Assembly (NCBI GenBank): GCA_963706795.1
Contig: OY970170.1
Coordinates: 1,020,001 to 1,052,000, forward strand
Direction: 5' to 3'
DNA from: Candidatus Saccharimonadota bacterium
GTDB taxonomy: Bacteria; Patescibacteriota; Gracilibacteria; BD1-5; UBA2023
Length of the DNA stretch: 32,000 nucleotides
Position 1 is the first letter of the stretch. Each line of letters begins with the position of its first letter. The notes under the pieces were generated by a model. That model made no database searches, had not been told where the DNA came from, and saw only the letters and a list, made by a program, of their open reading frames with translations. Below, piece after piece: positions 28,288 through 32,000 of the stretch. A program made the translations under genes and the position numbers.

Positions 28288-29691
28288 ATGTCTCCGAAAA
28301 AGATCCTGTTCTTTGTTGCTGCTGGTGTACTCGTATTAGTGCTCGGTATCGGGTTTACGCTTCTCTCAAATTCTAAGAGTCAGCAGAAGGGTCCAAAATG
28401 ACCAAAAGAAATCACTATGTGGGTCGTGGGCGATGATACGATTGGCTTCGATGACATTGTGAAGCAATTTAAAACGAACGAAACCTACAAAAATACCAAT
28501 GTGGTCGTGACCAAGTTTGCGACTTACGGCGACTACGAAAAATCTCTTCTCAATGTCATTGCTGATGGGAATTCTCCAGATATTTTTGTAGTGCCATCCT
28601 CTGGCGCTGGGATTCTTGAGACCAAGACTGCAAATCTACCAGATTCTGCGGTTAATATTGATGACATGACGCGTAATTATAATAAGTTCTTCGATGATCT
28701 TATTATCTCAACTCCAGGCAAGAGCAAGGACGGCAAGGATATTACGATCCGTTCAGTAAAGGGAATTCCTCTCGGATACGAAACAATGGGCGCTTTTTAT
28801 AATCGCGCGGTTGTAAGCAATGCAGTACCAGTGACATGGGGCGATCTCAAAAAATATATTACAGAAAATACCACCGAGGACGTTGTGCCAGTGGCGCTCG
28901 GTTATGGGAATCGATATGTTACGCAGGCAGCGAATATCGCTTCTCTCTTCCTCATCCAGGCAGGAATAAACTCATATGATAAGATGTCAGATTCGCAGGC
29001 AAACAAGGCGATTGAGGATTATATTTCATATGCCGGAAGTGCTGATAATCTGAGCTCTGACAATCTCAATCATCTCTTCAAACTCAAAGACAAGATGGAT
29101 AAAGAAGGGATTTCTACGACTGATCTCTTCGTGCGCGGTAAGATCGGCGTAATTTTTGGATATCCATCAATGCTTCGTGAGATCGAATATTCACTCAAAC
29201 GTGCAAGCTCTGATGCTTCACTCGAGAAAAAAGATCTGAGATCTTCCGAAATCCCACAAACGGGTATTGGTAAAAAACTCAATCTCGCTCGATATAGCTA
29301 TTTTGCACTCTCAAAATATGCACCAAATCCTGACGCTGCCACAGATTTCCTCGTACATCTCTCATCAAAGGAATCATCCGAAGCCTATCTTGATGCATTC
29401 CCACACTATCTGCCAGCGCGCAATGATCTGGTAGAAACTCGCAAAGATAAAGTGATGAATAAAAACTTCCCATGGGTGCGATATGAGAGTTTTATCCCCG
29501 CAGGCGATGTTGATCTCGTCAATTTTGATCGCGGACTGACATCTGAATTCGAATACTTTTTTGGAAATGCACTTGATCGTCTAAATAGCTCACCAAAGGC
29601 TATACTCACCGATACAGTTACCGAAATTAATTGCCAAAAAAAGCACCTCATCAACCAATCTGGATACGAAGAAGCATGTAACGGGGGCTAA
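28288..29691 (+). CDS. Membrane-anchored extracellular solute-binding-like protein (467 aa)
   Basis: ATG 28288 is followed by TM ILFFVAAGVLVLVLGIGFTLL. One TGA (28399) joins it to ORF 28417-29691. The overall pattern resembles family-1 substrate-binding proteins. Confidence 0.55.
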
Positions 29692-29772
29692 TTTTTGCAT
29701 TCACTTGGGTCTTGTGATACCCTCATCTCAAGGCGTCAAAAACCGCTTCTCTACCTCCTAAAGGAATATACA

Positions 29773-32000
29773 ATGCTTCGTTTGGTGCGAATCATCCTTC
29801 TCGGACTCCTCTCTCTCCCACTTATCTCTCTTGTAGATACAGGAACGACGGGTCTTATAAACGTTACATCCGCTGGTTGTTCCATTTTCCAGCTGAATTG
29901 TGTGGATGACACTCAGATAAATATCTGTAACTCGAATGACCCAAGTTCATCGAAATACTGTTCTCTCGATAAGTGAACGGATCTCGTAAAGAACGGTATT
30001 AATGACATCAAGACCGATAAGCGGTTCTCTGACTATGTTCAGGATGTTATTGCCTACCTTCTCTCGTTCTTGGCTCTGGTCTCAGTATGACTCATATTGT
30101 GGGCGGGTTTCACGATCCTCACCTCCACCGGTGACGAAGAAAAAGTCAAAAAGGCCAAAAATATCATCGTCTATGCGCTGATCGGTCTTCTGTTGATCTT
30201 CCTCGCATTCTCTATTACGAGATTTATCCTCGGAACGGGCAAGGACAAAAAAGAAGGAATCATCAATGCGATCTCTAATGCATTCACTATTGATGGCGCG
30301 TATGCGGCAAGTGTCGATGATGGGAAGGGATTTGATTACTATCGCGCTCAGATTGAGGCAACATCTCAGGCTATCGGTCGAGATTATGATGTGGATGGTC
30401 GCGTAAAGATTGCTTCACTTCAGGATCTCCAGACTGCAGTAACTAAGAGTATTGATACATTTCCTGATGGAAATCGCGATCTCAATACGGGTCTTGCAAA
30501 TAGCGTGCTTACCTCTATTGCGCTTGTTAAGAAATATCCAGATTCTAATCTTTATACAGATCGTCTCGCACAGAGTCTCAAGGATTTCCTTACACGCGTT
30601 GCGATTGGTCAGATCACTACTAAGATCACCGCGACTCCCGATCGTGGAAATGCTGCACTCACAGTAACGCTTCGTGCAAATGAAGCACGTGATCCATCAG
30701 GCGTGCGCATCCCAGATGCGAACTATATTTGGTGGCTCAAGAATGCTGGTGGTATTCGTCAGGTTATTGGTAAAGGACCAACTATTGGTTACAAATTTAG
30801 CGAAGAAGGTGTCTATACGGTCAATCTCCAGATCCTCTCGGCAAGCAAAAATTCAAATGGTCGAACAGACGTGCTTCCTTTTAATGGAACTCAGGAGATC
30901 CGCGTAGAGCCAAAGCTCGCAAATATTCTCCTCTTCCTGAATGGGGCAAATGTTTCACAGCTTGATAATTACAAAATTACTCCAGCACAAGGAAGCGCAG
31001 GGGTGATTATTGATGCGACATCTTCGACGGCTGCTCAGGGGGCTTCGATCCTCAGAACAGAGTGGATTTTTGGAAATGGGAATAATTCAGTCTATAACGG
31101 ATCGCCTCGCGTAGAGCGTCAGGTCTTTGCGACGCAGGGGATTTATACTATCCAGCTCAAGGTAGTAACGAACGAAAAGGCTGAAATTATCAAGACAATT
31201 CGTCTCCAGGTTCAGGATCCTATTGCTTCTATTCGTACTGATAAGACAACAGGATTTGCGGGTGATGATTTTAAGTTCCAGGCAACTTCCAATGCTGCGG
31301 GTGTTCTCTTAACATATGACTGGAGTATTCTCGAGTCTGATACAGGAAAGATTCTCTATACAACCAAGGCTTCGTCTATCAACTACAAATTCCCACGAAT
31401 GGGGAACTATGTAGTGAAGCTCAAGACACTCTCATCGAGTGGTCGTGAAGACACAGATAATGTTTCGATCCACATTGATTCGAAGGATCCAATCGTGCAG
31501 TTTGAGGTCAAGGCAGCATCTGCTGAGACTCCAAATATGATCTTGCTCGACGCAACGAAGAGCTACGATCCAGATAGTCTCGATGCTTCAAAACTCACAT
31601 TTAATTGGACGATCGACGGTGAACGCGTAGATCTCGATAATAGCTCACGCAATGGAGCTCTCGGATATTACACTTTTACAACAAAGGGTACACATAACAT
31701 CGTCCTCGATCTTGGTAATCAGCAGGGGAAGGTCACAAATGGTAAGAAGGAATTCAATGTCGAATCTCTTCTCTCGGTTAAGCTTATTGTCACTCCAAAG
31801 ATTTCTCAGCTTGGTGCACCAGTTGCACTCGTAGCCGAATCTAAAGAGGCGACTGTATTCGAATGGGATTACGGAGATGGATCGAGCGAAAACACGAGTG
31901 AAAGCCGTGCATTCCACACCTATAAAAAGGCAGGAACCTACGATGTTCGTCTCACAGTTCGTGGTAATCCAAATGCGGGGAATTCTAATACAATTTCACG
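29773..32000 (+). CDS. Large surface protein with signal peptide, Cys-rich module, pilin-like 2-TM hairpin and multiple PKD-like repeats; runs off the right edge
   Basis: ATG 29773 follows AAGGAA. TGA occurs at 29974 and 30088, and the frame stays open to 32000. The 2-TM block is VIAYLLSFLALVSVGLILWAGFTILTSTGDEEKVKKAKNIIVYALIGLLLIFLAF. Repeats include WDYGDGS...H.Y..AGTYDV.L.V. Confidence 0.7.

Noticed and set aside
1-32000. CRISPR arrays, rRNA genes, IS elements and additional tRNAs.
   Set aside because: I saw no regularly spaced direct repeats, no rRNA-like conserved blocks, no transposase-like ORFs or terminal inverted repeats, and no cloverleaf other than tRNA-Phe. The check was by eye only.

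Overview
The window only makes sense under genetic code 25 (UGA = Gly; stops are TAA and TAG only). Conserved glycine positions in DnaE, DprA, MurG and MoxR are encoded by in-frame TGA, and every 'fragmented' gene in the supplied standard-code ORF track fuses into one clean frame once TGA is read as sense. This points to a Gracilibacteria/Absconditabacteria-type (Patescibacteria/CPR) genome. Positions 2174-14366 are a ~12.0-kb integrated element flanked by perfect 154-bp direct repeats. It is inserted into the 3' half of tRNA-Phe(GAA). Its gene content and order match a filamentous phage (inovirus-like): Rep_trans-like RCR initiator, accessory operons, a small-gene switch region, a major-coat-like protein, a 49-aa hydrophobic protein, two secreted C-terminally anchored adsorption-like proteins (296 and 697 aa), a g6p-like membrane protein and a Zot/pI-like ATPase. 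A DUF3892 gene and a tyrosine integrase follow. The element carries no secretin and no lysis genes. Its own genes are densely recoded with UGA-Gly. Left of the element is a large radical-SAM ORF that is only visible in code 25. Right of it lie host core genes: dnaE, a hypothetical gene, a P-loop kinase, a moxR/DUF2157/GDYXXLXY/DUF58 cluster, dprA, murG, miaB, a HIT protein, a solute-binding protein, and a large PKD-repeat surface protein with a pilin-like 2-TM N-terminus. All family names come from motif recognition by eye; no database search was run.
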